A DNA stretch of 64,000 nt from an uncultured Prevotellaceae bacterium (GCA_902797505.1 CADBSW010000157.1:10253-74252), one strand, 5' to 3'; positions 38,595-49,038 are shown, counted from the stretch's first letter. The notes: generated from the sequence alone by a model not told the origin. Made by a program: numbers and translations.

Positions 38595-39518
38595 ATGAAT
38601 AGAAGGGTACTTGTCGCCATACTAACGGTAACGTTTCTTACTTCTGTAGTACATGCACAGAACTACCGGTGGAATGCTTCTTTCCAGACATATATCGACC
38701 AATATCGTGATCTGGCCATTCAGGAGATGTTGAGATACAACATACCAGCGAGTATCACCTTAGCTCAAGGCTTGTTGGAGAGTGGGGCCGGGAAGAGCGA
38801 ACTGGTTAGGAAAGGTAATAACCATTTCGGTATCAAATGTCATGGATGGACTGGAAGAACTGTTTATCATGATGATGATCTTACACAGGAATGTTTCCGT
38901 GCATACGACAATGCCCTGCAGAGTTTCGAGGACCATAGTAAGTTCTTGGTAAACGGAACCCGCTATCGTTCGTTATTCTCATTGAAACGCACCGACTATA
39001 AAGGTTGGGCAAGAGGACTGAAAGCGGCGGGATATGCTACTAATCCGGCATATGCCGACCGCCTAATCAGTCTTATCGAGTTATACAAACTCTATGAATA
39101 TGATCATGCCAAGAACTATGATAAGTTCATGGCACATCACTCTGCTGTGGATCAGCCTGTAAAGGGTAGGGAACTGCATCCTATACATATTTATAATAAG
39201 AACTATTACTTACAGGCACGACAAGGAGATACGTTTAAGAGTATCGCCGATGAGATTGGTATCAGCTACCGCAAACTGGCCAAGTATAATGAGCGCGATG
39301 CCAAGGATCGTTTGGTACAGAATGAAGTGATCTGGTTAAAGAAAAAACAAAAGAAAGCTGATAAAGCCTATCAAAACCGTCCTCACCGTGTCAAACGTGG
39401 AGAGAGCATGTATAGTATTGCACAATACTATGGTATACAACTAAAAAGCTTGTATAAGATGAATCGTATGTCACCTGATGATGACATTCATGTGGGAGAT
39501 TTACTACGAGTAAGATAA
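38595..39518 (+). CDS. GH73 glucosaminidase with LysM domains (peptidoglycan hydrolase)
   Basis: Motifs IPASITLAQGLLESG, NNHFGIKC and GYATNPAYA. C-terminal LysM HRVKRGESMYSIAQYYGI. Confidence 0.9.
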   Translation: MNRRVLVAILTVTFLTSVVHAQNYRWNASFQTYIDQYRDLAIQEMLRYNIPASITLAQGLLESGAGKSELVRKGNNHFGIKCHGWTGRTVYHDDDLTQECFRAYDNALQSFEDHSKFLVNGTRYRSLFSLKRTDYKGWARGLKAAGYATNPAYADRLISLIELYKLYEYDHAKNYDKFMAHHSAVDQPVKGRELHPIHIYNKNYYLQARQGDTFKSIADEIGISYRKLAKYNERDAKDRLVQNEVIWLKKKQKKADKAYQNRPHRVKRGESMYSIAQYYGIQLKSLYKMNRMSPDDDIHVGDLLRVR

Positions 39519-39522
39519 GGGA

Positions 39523-40326
39523 TTACTTGAAAGCCTGATGCTCGTTCATCTTGAGAAGATCAACGACAGTGACATTGGGATGTTTGTGCATATACCGTTC
39601 CACCATATCGACAAAGGCCGTACGGAAGAATTTTCTGTTTAATGCACTGTTGCATATCCACATGATCTTTCCCATGTATTTGTCTCTTTCTTCTTGTGTG
39701 GCATTCTCAAAATCCTCCATCGGATAAAGACTGATAAGGTAGAAACTCAAACAGTCAGGCACGATATGGTCTCGATTCATGGTTGTCAACTGTTGGTCAG
39801 TATAACCAAATTTCTTGTAAAGAGGATAGTTCTGTCCGAGATATTTGTCCAGGAAGATTCCTACGCTGTTGTCGCTGACAACGATGCTATGGTCAAGCGA
39901 TCCAATAGAGGCATAAAACTTGGGAATCTCCAGATCGGGAATCATCTTACATAGATTCTCCATGCCCAGTTTAAGGTCTCTGTTGATATCATCTATATTG
40001 GCATATGTTGCTTCTGCATCGCCAATAATGATTTGTAAGGTAGAGTCCTGAAAATAACTGAGTAGTTTTTTATTGGTTTCAGAGTCATTGACAGATCCAA
40101 TCTTGAGTACATTCTCTATCAACGTACGTGTTTCCATTGGATAGTTAGTCTGCATCTGTTGCAAGGCTGAAAAATCTCCAGTAGTGAGATAATTACTTTC
40201 CAAACGATCATAACGCTGCACTTCTATGCGCGGCTCGCCCTCCTCTTCTTTAAACAGTTTCGGTCGTAGATCACAACTACTGATAAAGAGGGTAGATAAT
40301 ATTATTATGATTGAGAATTTCCTCAC
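39523..40326 (-). CDS. GldB-like lipoprotein
   Basis: Probable GTG start at 40326, downstream of the -7 box at 40356-40363. Lipobox ISSC, IEVQRYDRLE and VGIFLDKYLGQNYPLY. Confidence 0.65.
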   Translation of the reverse strand: MRKFSIIIILSTLFISSCDLRPKLFKEEEGEPRIEVQRYDRLESNYLTTGDFSALQQMQTNYPMETRTLIENVLKIGSVNDSETNKKLLSYFQDSTLQIIIGDAEATYANIDDINRDLKLGMENLCKMIPDLEIPKFYASIGSLDHSIVVSDNSVGIFLDKYLGQNYPLYKKFGYTDQQLTTMNRDHIVPDCLSFYLISLYPMEDFENATQEERDKYMGKIMWICNSALNRKFFRTAFVDMVERYMHKHPNVTVVDLLKMNEHQAFK

Positions 40327-40469
40327 TAATTGCAAAAAAAGATTTAATCTGAGTGCAAAATTACTAAAAAATATTTTAGAATACAAATTTTAAGATAATT
40401 AATTTAAATAAATCTTTATTATATTATTATATTTGTCGAAAGAAAAGAATAAATAAAAGATTTGGATAT

Positions 40470-41720
40470 ATGAAAAAAAGATTAGTTGTTTCTTGTTTAT
40501 CGGTATTTTGCGTAGCTATCCTACATGCCCAGTCATTTAGTATTGTAGTGGATAATCCTTCAAAAACAGATAAAAAGGATGCCCCAGTGGTTTTAAAGTT
40601 AAAAGACTACACAAGTAACCGTGTTCGTTCTGCCGTTGTGACATGTAACGGAAAAGAGATACCTTCGCAGTTGGATGACCTTAATCATGATGGTGTCAAT
40701 GATGAACTCTGCTTCTTGGTTGATCTGAAAAAGAAAGACCTTCAGACATATAATATAACTCTCAGCGATCAGGGAAGACAGAAGAGATATCCGTCAAGAG
40801 TATACGTGGATATGATGATCAGTAACAAGAAGATAAAGGAAAGTAATAAACAAAATCTTTATATTTCACAGTTGACTGTTGAGAATGGCACAAACGTATA
40901 TTCCATGTTGCATCATCATGGTGCTGCCTTTGAAAGCGAACTGGTAGCATATCGTATCTATTTTGACCATCGTCAGACAGTAGATATCTATGGAAAATAT
41001 CGTAAGGGGTTAGAGCTGAAAGAAACACAGTTCTATCCAGACAACACCCAGAAGGCTAATGGTTATGGTGACGATGTCCTGTGGGTAGGAGAGACTTTGG
41101 GTCTCGGTTCTTTCAGAGGATGGAACGGCGACAGTCCTACCATGTTGACAGATGTGGACCACCGCTCACAGCGTATCATTGCGAATGGTCCTTTACGCAC
41201 GATTGTTGAAGTTGTGGATGAGGGATGGGCTGTCAACTCACCCAAGGCCTTTGAAGGAAAGGATGATGATCGTATTACTGTAAAAGCCTTATATACCCTT
41301 TATGCAGGTCATCGTGACTGTTCTGTGGATATTACTTTCTGTGGTGAACAACCAGAACAGAATTTTTCTACAGGCCTTATCAATGTAAAGAACTCCACCG
41401 AGTATTCTGACAAGAAAGGACTGCGCGGTTGTTGGGGTATCGATTGGCCGGTATCTGAGAAAGATTCAGCAGGCCATAAGAGAGAGACTGTTGGCTTAGG
41501 CATCTGTATACCACAGAAATACATTGTCAGTGAGCAGCCTGCAAATAAGAATAACTATGCTTATGTCATTAGTCCAAAAGATCATTTCCTGCATTATGAT
41601 ATTATCTTTGCGAGTGATAATGAGTCTTTCGGATATCATTCAGACAAAGAATGGTACCATTTCTTAAAAGAGTGGAAGAAAGAGCTTGCACAGCCAGTAG
41701 TGATCAAGAAAAAAGATTAG
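40470..41720 (+). CDS. DUF4861-like exported protein
   Basis: Signal peptide, IPSQLDDLNHDG..DEL, HHHGAAFESELVAYRIYFD...DIYGK and GPLRTIVEV. Confidence 0.7.
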   Translation: MKKRLVVSCLSVFCVAILHAQSFSIVVDNPSKTDKKDAPVVLKLKDYTSNRVRSAVVTCNGKEIPSQLDDLNHDGVNDELCFLVDLKKKDLQTYNITLSDQGRQKRYPSRVYVDMMISNKKIKESNKQNLYISQLTVENGTNVYSMLHHHGAAFESELVAYRIYFDHRQTVDIYGKYRKGLELKETQFYPDNTQKANGYGDDVLWVGETLGLGSFRGWNGDSPTMLTDVDHRSQRIIANGPLRTIVEVVDEGWAVNSPKAFEGKDDDRITVKALYTLYAGHRDCSVDITFCGEQPEQNFSTGLINVKNSTEYSDKKGLRGCWGIDWPVSEKDSAGHKRETVGLGICIPQKYIVSEQPANKNNYAYVISPKDHFLHYDIIFASDNESFGYHSDKEWYHFLKEWKKELAQPVVIKKKD

Positions 41721-41866
41721 TACGATTGATAGACTGATAAAAATAGTTAAATTCAAAGGAGTCTGTTAAGAAAGATTCTCTATCTGAATAATTTTATGTA
41801 CCTTTGCAGCCGCTATTACGAGATAGTAGCATTAAATTCAAACCTTATAAAAAATTATTATTAAAA

Positions 41867-42391
41867 ATGGCAACAAAAATCAGATTACAGCGTCGCGGTC
41901 GTAAAGGCTATGCCTTCTACAGCATCGTTATTGCAGACGCTCGCGCACCACGTGATGGTAAATTTACTGAAAAGATTGGAACATACAATCCTAACACCAA
42001 TCCTGCCACAGTAGATTTGAATTTTGACCGTGCTCTGTATTGGGTAGAGACAGGTGCTCAGCCTACAGACACCGTACGTAACATCTTAAGCAAGGAAGGT
42101 GTTTACATGATGAAGCATCTCCGTGGAGGTATCAAGAAAGGTGCATTCGACGAGGAAACAGCTCAGAAGAAGTTTGATGCTTGGAAAGAGGCTAAGGTTA
42201 AGGGCTTTGACGCTATTCGTGAGAAAGAGGCTAAAGCAAAGAAGGATCTTGCCGCTAAGAAGCTTGAGGCTGAGAAGCAGGTAAATGCAGCTATTGCTCA
42301 GAAAGTAGCAGAGAAGAAAGCTGCCGCAGCTGCTGCAGAGGCTGAGACAGAAGCAGAGGCTCCTGCAGAGGAAGCTCCAGCAGAAGCATAA
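41867..42391 (+). CDS. rpsP: 30S ribosomal protein S16 with a Bacteroidota C-terminal extension
   Basis: [23 protein letters not shown] and [11 protein letters not shown] at 41867, with a -7 box TACCTTTG at 41799. Confidence 0.97.
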   Translation: MATKIRLQRRGRKGYAFYSIVIADARAPRDGKFTEKIGTYNPNTNPATVDLNFDRALYWVETGAQPTDTVRNILSKEGVYMMKHLRGGIKKGAFDEETAQKKFDAWKEAKVKGFDAIREKEAKAKKDLAAKKLEAEKQVNAAIAQKVAEKKAAAAAAEAETEAEAPAEEAPAEA

Positions 42392-42411
42392 TCATTTGCA
42401 CTTAGAAACGG

Positions 42412-42450
42412 AGACTGGATGACCTGAAAAGTTCATCCAGTTTGTTTTTT
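42412..42450 (+). terminator. Terminator after rpsP, overlapping the convergent glycosyltransferase stop
   Basis: Stem ACTGGATGA / TCATCCAGT with a T-rich tail. Confidence 0.65.
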
Positions 42451-43527
42451 ATAGAAATCAAGGTACTGCTGTGCAACTTTTAAATAGTCATGATGACGCT
42501 TGACGTATTCAATACTTTGTCGTTTTAGTTCTTGAATACGTTCAGGATGTAACACGAGTTGCTCTAATTCTTGGTATACGCTTTCATAAGATGGTTCTAC
42601 ATTGATGATTGGGCGAAGCGTTTTTTCTCCTAATATATCATAGGATTCTTCCTCGCCACCACCAATACAGATAATGCCCTTGCTCATGGCCAGTAACGCA
42701 TTCATGGCAGGAGTATAAGAATACAGCTGGTCAAGAATGACATCACAATGATCCATCAAAAACTGGTACTCCTTAAAAGGAACACTCTCGGCTTTTATAA
42801 TTTCAATTTTATCAGGATAATCCCTTTGAACATCTTCTGCCGCAGCCAACATGATATCTGTTCCTTTATAACTATTCCGTTCTCTATTGATACCAATAAA
42901 TAGTTTCAGTTTATCATTGTTGGGAAACTTATGAATATCAGGTAATACAATAGGATATGGTATATAGGTAGTCTTCTCTTTATAGAAAGGATGATAACAT
43001 ACCCAATATTCATATAATCCGGCAACTATTCCATCACAATCCTTGGCTATAGACTTATTCAGCCGTTCCTTGTCCGTTCCTATCCAATCTTGTTTTTCCC
43101 TCAATGCTTCTTCATCCGTACGTAAGTGATCTCCGATGTTGAAATCACTATATCGTAGCGGTTTGTTTTCACAACAGGTGTTAACCCAATAGTAATCCAT
43201 TCCATAGGCACCAAGAAAAACTTTTCCGTTATGTCTGCGAAGATATTTATATACAGGGAGTATCCTCTTTGCCTTTAACTCAAGGAACATAGGATTGATC
43301 AGTTGTACCACATTGTAATGACGCAGTTTGGGTAAGATCGTTAACAAACGGAATAGATACTTGATACCACCCCATTTTGTTGGAATTCTGTCTAATGCTA
43401 TATCACGAGGATAATCTTTCCAGAAATCGCCATTGCTGAGTACGGTAACCTGATGGCCAAGTTCTTTTAGTCCTTTAGCCAATGTAGCATGCACATTACT
43501 ATATTCTCCGATTAACAGGATTCTCAT
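42433..43527 (-). CDS. Glycosyltransferase, GT-B fold (GT4-like)
   Basis: MRILLIGEYSNVH, KGTDIM and DVILDQLYSYTPAMNALLAMSKG. Confidence 0.8.
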   Translation of the reverse strand: MRILLIGEYSNVHATLAKGLKELGHQVTVLSNGDFWKDYPRDIALDRIPTKWGGIKYLFRLLTILPKLRHYNVVQLINPMFLELKAKRILPVYKYLRRHNGKVFLGAYGMDYYWVNTCCENKPLRYSDFNIGDHLRTDEEALREKQDWIGTDKERLNKSIAKDCDGIVAGLYEYWVCYHPFYKEKTTYIPYPIVLPDIHKFPNNDKLKLFIGINRERNSYKGTDIMLAAAEDVQRDYPDKIEIIKAESVPFKEYQFLMDHCDVILDQLYSYTPAMNALLAMSKGIICIGGGEEESYDILGEKTLRPIINVEPSYESVYQELEQLVLHPERIQELKRQSIEYVKRHHDYLKVAQQYLDFYKKQTG

Positions 43528-44504
43528 TTCTCTTTCTTCATTAGGGGTAGAGTACGAAGAAGGATTTTCTTACCAAGTTTTGTATTAATCATCTTTCGGA
43601 AATAACTATATTTCAACGTATATTCCCTATCCGGCAAGGGGAATAATCCTCTCTTGCGTAATCGATCCAGGTATTCATCGAGTATCTTCTCAGAATGGGT
43701 GCTCATGATAACATTATATATATGATCCATTGACAGTTGGGCCACCCGACGTTGCAAAGCGATTCTTTCGGCAGATGGTAATGTGGCTGCCAGATGATCC
43801 AATTCAAAGATTACGTATTCTGCATCATCAAGTTTCTTCTTCTGGTTATCTGGATCATTACTATTAAGTCTTGACCCCATGCGTTCACGATAATAGTATG
43901 CACAATTATCTGTACTAAATACAATATCTGCACGCAAAATCAATTGTGGTGAAAATTCCTCATCCTCATGTAAGATACCCGAAGTGAAGCGTAAACCTAC
44001 TAATAACTTTTTTCGAAAGATATAACTGCATGCTGAAGCACACAGATTATTATGACGCATATAGTCAGTTCCGGTAACTGGTCCGTAAAAGTATTCAGGA
44101 GAATCAACCTCTACACTATCTCTTGATAGACGAAAAAGAACCATGTCTGGATCATTATTCTTTACCTTTTCAAGACATTGCTCATAATTTGATTTTATTA
44201 AACAGTCATCTGCATCCACAAACTGAATATATTTGCCCTTACAGATGTCAATACCTTTGTTTCTTGCATCACTTACCCCCATATTTTTATGACGCAGATA
44301 TATAATTTGGTCACGGTAATCGATCAGTTCGTCAAGGGGCACCACATCAGAACCGTCATCGATAAGTATGATCTCTCTTTCTTCTTCTTTCAATGACAGG
44401 TTAACAATACTTTCGATACACTCACGCAGCATATCAATCGGTATGTTATAATAGGTTACAATGAAACTTACTAAAGGTGTTTCAGATGTTTGTATATTCT
44501 GCAT
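43524..44504 (-). CDS. GT2 family glycosyltransferase
   Basis: VSFIVTYYN, IIDDGS-like LIDDGSD, GVSDARNKG, FVDADD and HEDEEF. Confidence 0.9.
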   Translation of the reverse strand: MQNIQTSETPLVSFIVTYYNIPIDMLRECIESIVNLSLKEEEREIILIDDGSDVVPLDELIDYRDQIIYLRHKNMGVSDARNKGIDICKGKYIQFVDADDCLIKSNYEQCLEKVKNNDPDMVLFRLSRDSVEVDSPEYFYGPVTGTDYMRHNNLCASACSYIFRKKLLVGLRFTSGILHEDEEFSPQLILRADIVFSTDNCAYYYRERMGSRLNSNDPDNQKKKLDDAEYVIFELDHLAATLPSAERIALQRRVAQLSMDHIYNVIMSTHSEKILDEYLDRLRKRGLFPLPDREYTLKYSYFRKMINTKLGKKILLRTLPLMKKEK

Positions 44505-45385
44505 AATGATTTAATTCCTAAAATTTTAAGTAAAAACAATTTAATAAGATATTTATTATTCTTAAAATCTATATTTTTGAGTCGATAAGGGTAGGGTGGC
44601 AAGAGTATTCCTCCTCCCATCTGTGCAACTGTTAATTGGATATTTAGCACATCCATATAGTAGGCTATACTTTCATTGGAAGTATCCCAAACCTGAGGTA
44701 ACACTTTAACATGTGCCTGTAACAATGATTGCATATCTTGTAAGGTAGCACGTGCAGTAATACCTGAGGCATTCTCACAGTAGTGATAGCATCCTTTGGG
44801 TGAAATGGCAATATGATTAGATCGTGCAAGCAACAGGGGTAATGTCCATACATCCTCAAAAGCATGACGTTCTATGAAAAGAGTGTTATTAAAGAGACAT
44901 CTCCGGTAAATCTTATTGCATGCATAAGAATGAGAATATCCTTTGGCTTTTAACCAGTATTCATGGAAAGAATGGTAACAACGATCTAAAAAGGTTAAGA
45001 GGTTTTCTTCTCGTCCGCCATCTTTTACAATGACCGGATATTCTATAATATCATACTCAGGATGGTTGATGAGTTCTTCCATTAAAAGCGGAATAGTGTC
45101 TGGTTCCAGAAAATCATCTGAATCAACAAAAGTGATATAGTCTCCGCTGGCATGTCGTATACCAGAATTCCTCGCAGCACCTAATCCTTTATTTTCCTGG
45201 TGAATAACAGTAATACGAGAATCGCGTACGGCTAGTTCGTCGCATAGTTCAGGGCACTTGTCATCAGATCCGTCATCCACAAGTATAATCTGCATATTGT
45301 CATAATTCTGTTGAAGAACACTCTGAACACATCGCTCTAAAGTATTCTCTACATGGTATACAGGTATGACAACACTCAGTTTCAT
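44471..45385 (-). CDS. GT2 family glycosyltransferase
   Basis: LSVVIPVYHVE, VDDGSDD, GLGAARNSG, FVDSDD and FEDV. Confidence 0.92.
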   Translation of the reverse strand: MKLSVVIPVYHVENTLERCVQSVLQQNYDNMQIILVDDGSDDKCPELCDELAVRDSRITVIHQENKGLGAARNSGIRHASGDYITFVDSDDFLEPDTIPLLMEELINHPEYDIIEYPVIVKDGGREENLLTFLDRCYHSFHEYWLKAKGYSHSYACNKIYRRCLFNNTLFIERHAFEDVWTLPLLLARSNHIAISPKGCYHYCENASGITARATLQDMQSLLQAHVKVLPQVWDTSNESIAYYMDVLNIQLTVAQMGGGILLPPYPYRLKNIDFKNNKYLIKLFLLKILGIKSLCRIYKHLKHL

Positions 45386-45389
45386 GCTA

Positions 45390-45532
45390 CAAAGATAATG
45401 AAAAAATCGATTAAGCGAATAGAATGAAAAGTTTTTTAATTCTTGAGCGTGAGATTTTTATACAAAACCGAAAGGAGAACAAATAAATCCTTTATTTTCA
45501 TGTCATGGTGAATCTTATCTTATTCAAAGATA
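45390..45532. repeat. Intergenic hairpin element, copy 2, nested in a larger inverted repeat between two CAAAGATA boxes
   Basis: Stem AAAAATC/GATTTTT encloses GATTAAGC...GAGCGTGA. Outer AAGATAA (45392) pairs with TTATCTT (45515). CAAAGATA occurs at 45390 and 45525. Confidence 0.6.
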
Positions 45533-45574
45533 CATATTTTATAATAAAACCTATCTTTCTTCGTTTTTATTTTG

Positions 45575-47047
45575 ATGGAAAAGAACAGACAGATAGCAAA
45601 CGACCACACCATCCTGAAATATACGGGAGTATTTGGTGGCTTACAGGGACTGACTGTTCTTATTGGCATCATACGAAATAAGTTGGTGGCTATATTGTTA
45701 GGACCACAAGGTGTAGGACTTATTTCCTTGTTCAACTCCACTATCAACTTTGTCTTTACATGTACAAACTTAGGACTACCGACAAGTAGTGTGAGACCTC
45801 TGTCTGAATCATATGAGACCAAAAATACGGAATCATTAGGACATCAGGTTAATATCATCCGTCAATGGTCGTTATTGGCAGCTATAGGTGGATCATTGCT
45901 TTTTTTGGTACTTAGTCCTGTTCTTGATAAGATAACGTTCTCTTGGGGTGACCATTCGCGGCACTTTATGTTTTTGTCACCGATTATCTTTATTATGACA
46001 ATAACAGCCGGAGAGACGGTCATCATAAAGAGTATCAGAAAGCTGAAGGATTTAGCCATCATCACTATTATTAATGTTGCCTTTGCCTTATTGACATCAA
46101 TACCTATTTATTATTTCTTTGGTGAATCAGGTATTGTACCTTCTCTTTTAATTATTGCTTTCATCCAACTGCTATTAACGATACGCATAACATTTCGGCT
46201 TTTCCCGCCTATTTATCGGATAGACACGCACTTGCTTAGAGAGGGTAAGGATATGATTCGATTGGGAATAGCCTTTGTCATTGCCGGTTTTTTTACGAAT
46301 GGAGCTGATTTTGTTATCCGTTCATTTCTCAACAAAACAGCTTCCCTTTGGGAATTAGGACTATACAATGCTGGTTTTATGTTGACGACCATCTATGTGG
46401 GTATGCTTTTCTCCGTATTGGAAACCGATTACTATCCACGTTTGTCTGCAGTAAATAAAGACATAGAGAAATGCAATATCATGGTCAACAGACAGGTAGA
46501 GATGATCTTTCTGATGGCTGCACCTATGCTGATCATTTTGATGACTGCTCTTCCTATCCTAATACCACTATTGTATAGTGTAGACTTCTTACCTGTGGTA
46601 GGAATGGCACAGACAATTATTCTGGCCCTTTATATCCGTGCGGCAAAACTCCCTGTTGCCTATCTAACCTTGGCAAAAGGTGATTCCATGAGTTTTCTTA
46701 TTCTGGAAGCCTACAGTGCTCTTCTACAAATTCTTATGGTTGTTTGCGGTTATAATCTATATGGACTGATAGGAATCGGGTATGGGCTGTTAGCTACAGG
46801 TATAGTTGATTTCATCGTGATATATATCTTCGCACATAAGAAATACAAATATAATCCGTCCAACAGGATCTTCAGATATATGGGCATACATTTACCGTTA
46901 GCTATCAGCGCATATATCATTGCACAGAATTGCCACGGTCTGCAGTATTGGGGAACTTGCATCCTTCTTTGTCTGATTAGCATCGTTGTTTCTGTGTACA
47001 TATATCGTAGACGACAAGTACAATCAGATTTGTTATCTACACCATAA
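45575..47047 (+). CDS. Wzx-type oligosaccharide flippase (MOP superfamily)
   Basis: About 13-14 TM helices, IIRNKLVAILLGPQGVG, GLYNAG and YYPRLS. Divergent from three glycosyltransferases. Confidence 0.85.
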   Translation: MEKNRQIANDHTILKYTGVFGGLQGLTVLIGIIRNKLVAILLGPQGVGLISLFNSTINFVFTCTNLGLPTSSVRPLSESYETKNTESLGHQVNIIRQWSLLAAIGGSLLFLVLSPVLDKITFSWGDHSRHFMFLSPIIFIMTITAGETVIIKSIRKLKDLAIITIINVAFALLTSIPIYYFFGESGIVPSLLIIAFIQLLLTIRITFRLFPPIYRIDTHLLREGKDMIRLGIAFVIAGFFTNGADFVIRSFLNKTASLWELGLYNAGFMLTTIYVGMLFSVLETDYYPRLSAVNKDIEKCNIMVNRQVEMIFLMAAPMLIILMTALPILIPLLYSVDFLPVVGMAQTIILALYIRAAKLPVAYLTLAKGDSMSFLILEAYSALLQILMVVCGYNLYGLIGIGYGLLATGIVDFIVIYIFAHKKYKYNPSNRIFRYMGIHLPLAISAYIIAQNCHGLQYWGTCILLCLISIVVSVYIYRRRQVQSDLLSTP

Positions 47048-47133
47048 TACTTTTATTCGTCAACAAGTATACCTTTTTCTGTCAAACAGTTAATGGTCAA
47101 TTCGAAATTATTGCAATAATGGAAAACAATGTT

Positions 47134-47141
47134 TATATTTG
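47134..47141 (+). promoter_or_regulatory. -7 box (TATATTTG) for the GH35-like cassette
   Basis: TAnnTTTG about 170 nt upstream of the ATG, flanked by palindromes. Confidence 0.5.
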
Positions 47142-47311
47142 CAATAAGTTGACATTGAAAGGGTAATATATTGATAAAAGAATATTGGCTATAATCAGCC
47201 TGGTCTTTGTTTGGTCTATATAACCCAAAATGTCTTTATTCGAACAGCCATTGTAGAACATGGTCATGTTCTCGTTTCTGATAATTAGTAATTAATAATC
47301 TTAAATAAGAG

Positions 47312-49036
47312 ATGAAAAAGACCTGTTTATATTATCTTGGAGGTACATTAATAACCGCTATGATTCTGTTCTGCGGTTGTAAAAGGAGCTCAGAACCATC
47401 CGTGATGCAATCTCCCCACCTGGAAAAACGCGGAGATGTGACGCAACTCATTGTTGAGGGACGGCCATGGTTGGTACTGGGTTGTGAATTGGGTAACAGT
47501 ACGTCGTCAAGTCGTGAATATCTGGCTCCTTATTGGCAACAGTTGAAGGAGAGTGGCGTTAATACCGTGCTGGCAGTTGTATCTTGGGAACAGACCGAAC
47601 CTGTGGAGGGACAGTTCGATTTCACTGTAGTTGATAATCTGATTGCTGATGCCCGTAGTAACGGTATGAAACTGGCATTGCTCTGGTTCGGTTCTTGGAA
47701 GAACGGCATCACCAGTTATACTCCGACTTGGGTTAAGTGCGATACCCAAAGATTTCCCTTGGCGCAGACACCAGAAGGGAAATCTCTACCTATTCTCACG
47801 ACCTTGGGCGAAGAGACCTGCAAGGCTGATGCCAAAGCTTTTGCTGCCATGATGAGTCATCTTAAAAAAGTGGATGCACAGCAACATACTGTGGTGATGA
47901 TACAGATGGAGAATGAGGTAGGTCTGCACGGTCATCCCCGTGACTATTGTCCGTTGGCTGAAAAAGCGTATAAAGAGCAGGTCCCCAAGGAACTTATAGA
48001 ATGGCTTAAAACTCATAAAAAAGAATTGCTTCTTGAGACCAGTAGTGCATGGGAAACCAACGGCTTCAAAGAAACGGGTACTTGGGAGGAAGTGTTTGGT
48101 CCTGCAGACCGTGCTGCAGAAATATTCATGGCCTGGCATTATGCTTCCTATATGGAGCGTATCACTGAAGCCGGTAAGAAAGAATATGATTTACCAACCT
48201 TTGTCAATGCCTGGATTGTACAGCCAGAGGATACTCGCCCCGGTAACTATCCGTCAGGAGGACCGCAGGCACAGAATCATGATATTTGGCGAGCTGCTGC
48301 CCCACATATCGATATTCTATCGCCCGACATCTATCTAAATGACTTCCCTACGGTGCTTTCTCTCTATTCCCGTTCATCTAATCCTGTCTTTATACCAGAG
48401 TCACGCTCAGGCCAAAACGGTGCTGCTAATGCAGCATATGCCATTGGTGCCATGGGGGCTATCGGTTATTCTCCTTTTGGCTTTGAACGAAACTGTGCTG
48501 ACGACATGAATAAGCCTTTCCGATTGTTCTACCAAAAGACAGGTCGTATTGCACCGCAGATATTAGAAGCACAGGCTAAAGGACGCATAGGTGCCCTTTG
48601 GCTGAAAGGTGCTGAGCCCACACGCGTAAAGGACACCATTTCGTTAGGCGGTGTCAATATTGTGGGAGAACTCATCTCGAGTGGTATGCGTAATGGCGGT
48701 GCTCCACAATTGACAGGCGGTACTTATGATCCTGAAGCTGTCGGTTATGCCATTGTTATCCAACAAGAGGATGAAAGCTACCTCTTCTTAGGATCTAATG
48801 TACGTATAACATTCCTTCCGCCAGACGGTAAAGGCATCATAGGTCTGGCCAAGGTGACTGAGGGTGATTATAATGACCAGGGACATTGGGTTGAGGGCCG
48901 ATGGCTTAACGGTGATGAGATACAGTTGCGTTACGACCTGCTCTATGCCGTTGAGGAAGGCTTTTCTGGTCAAGGACTCAACTTTGGTCGTCCTGAGCCT
49001 TCATTTCAGAGAGTAGAACTGTTCAGATACGAATAA
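47312..49036 (+). CDS. GH35/GH42-like beta-galactosidase family lipoprotein with DUF5597-like C-terminus
   Basis: Lipobox [43 protein letters not shown] (acid/base), FIPES (nucleophile) and GRWLNGDE. Confidence 0.8.
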   Translation: MKKTCLYYLGGTLITAMILFCGCKRSSEPSVMQSPHLEKRGDVTQLIVEGRPWLVLGCELGNSTSSSREYLAPYWQQLKESGVNTVLAVVSWEQTEPVEGQFDFTVVDNLIADARSNGMKLALLWFGSWKNGITSYTPTWVKCDTQRFPLAQTPEGKSLPILTTLGEETCKADAKAFAAMMSHLKKVDAQQHTVVMIQMENEVGLHGHPRDYCPLAEKAYKEQVPKELIEWLKTHKKELLLETSSAWETNGFKETGTWEEVFGPADRAAEIFMAWHYASYMERITEAGKKEYDLPTFVNAWIVQPEDTRPGNYPSGGPQAQNHDIWRAAAPHIDILSPDIYLNDFPTVLSLYSRSSNPVFIPESRSGQNGAANAAYAIGAMGAIGYSPFGFERNCADDMNKPFRLFYQKTGRIAPQILEAQAKGRIGALWLKGAEPTRVKDTISLGGVNIVGELISSGMRNGGAPQLTGGTYDPEAVGYAIVIQQEDESYLFLGSNVRITFLPPDGKGIIGLAKVTEGDYNDQGHWVEGRWLNGDEIQLRYDLLYAVEEGFSGQGLNFGRPEPSFQRVELFRYE

Positions 49037-49038
49037 AC

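Noticed and set aside
39523-40326. GldB-like gene as evidence of gliding motility
   Set aside because: It is an isolated, divergent homolog with no other gld/spr genes. Such homologs also occur in non-motile Bacteroidales.
42433-47047. AT-richer glycosyltransferase/flippase block as a recent genomic island
   Set aside because: There is no integrase, tRNA target or flanking direct repeat, and lower GC is common for glycan-synthesis genes.
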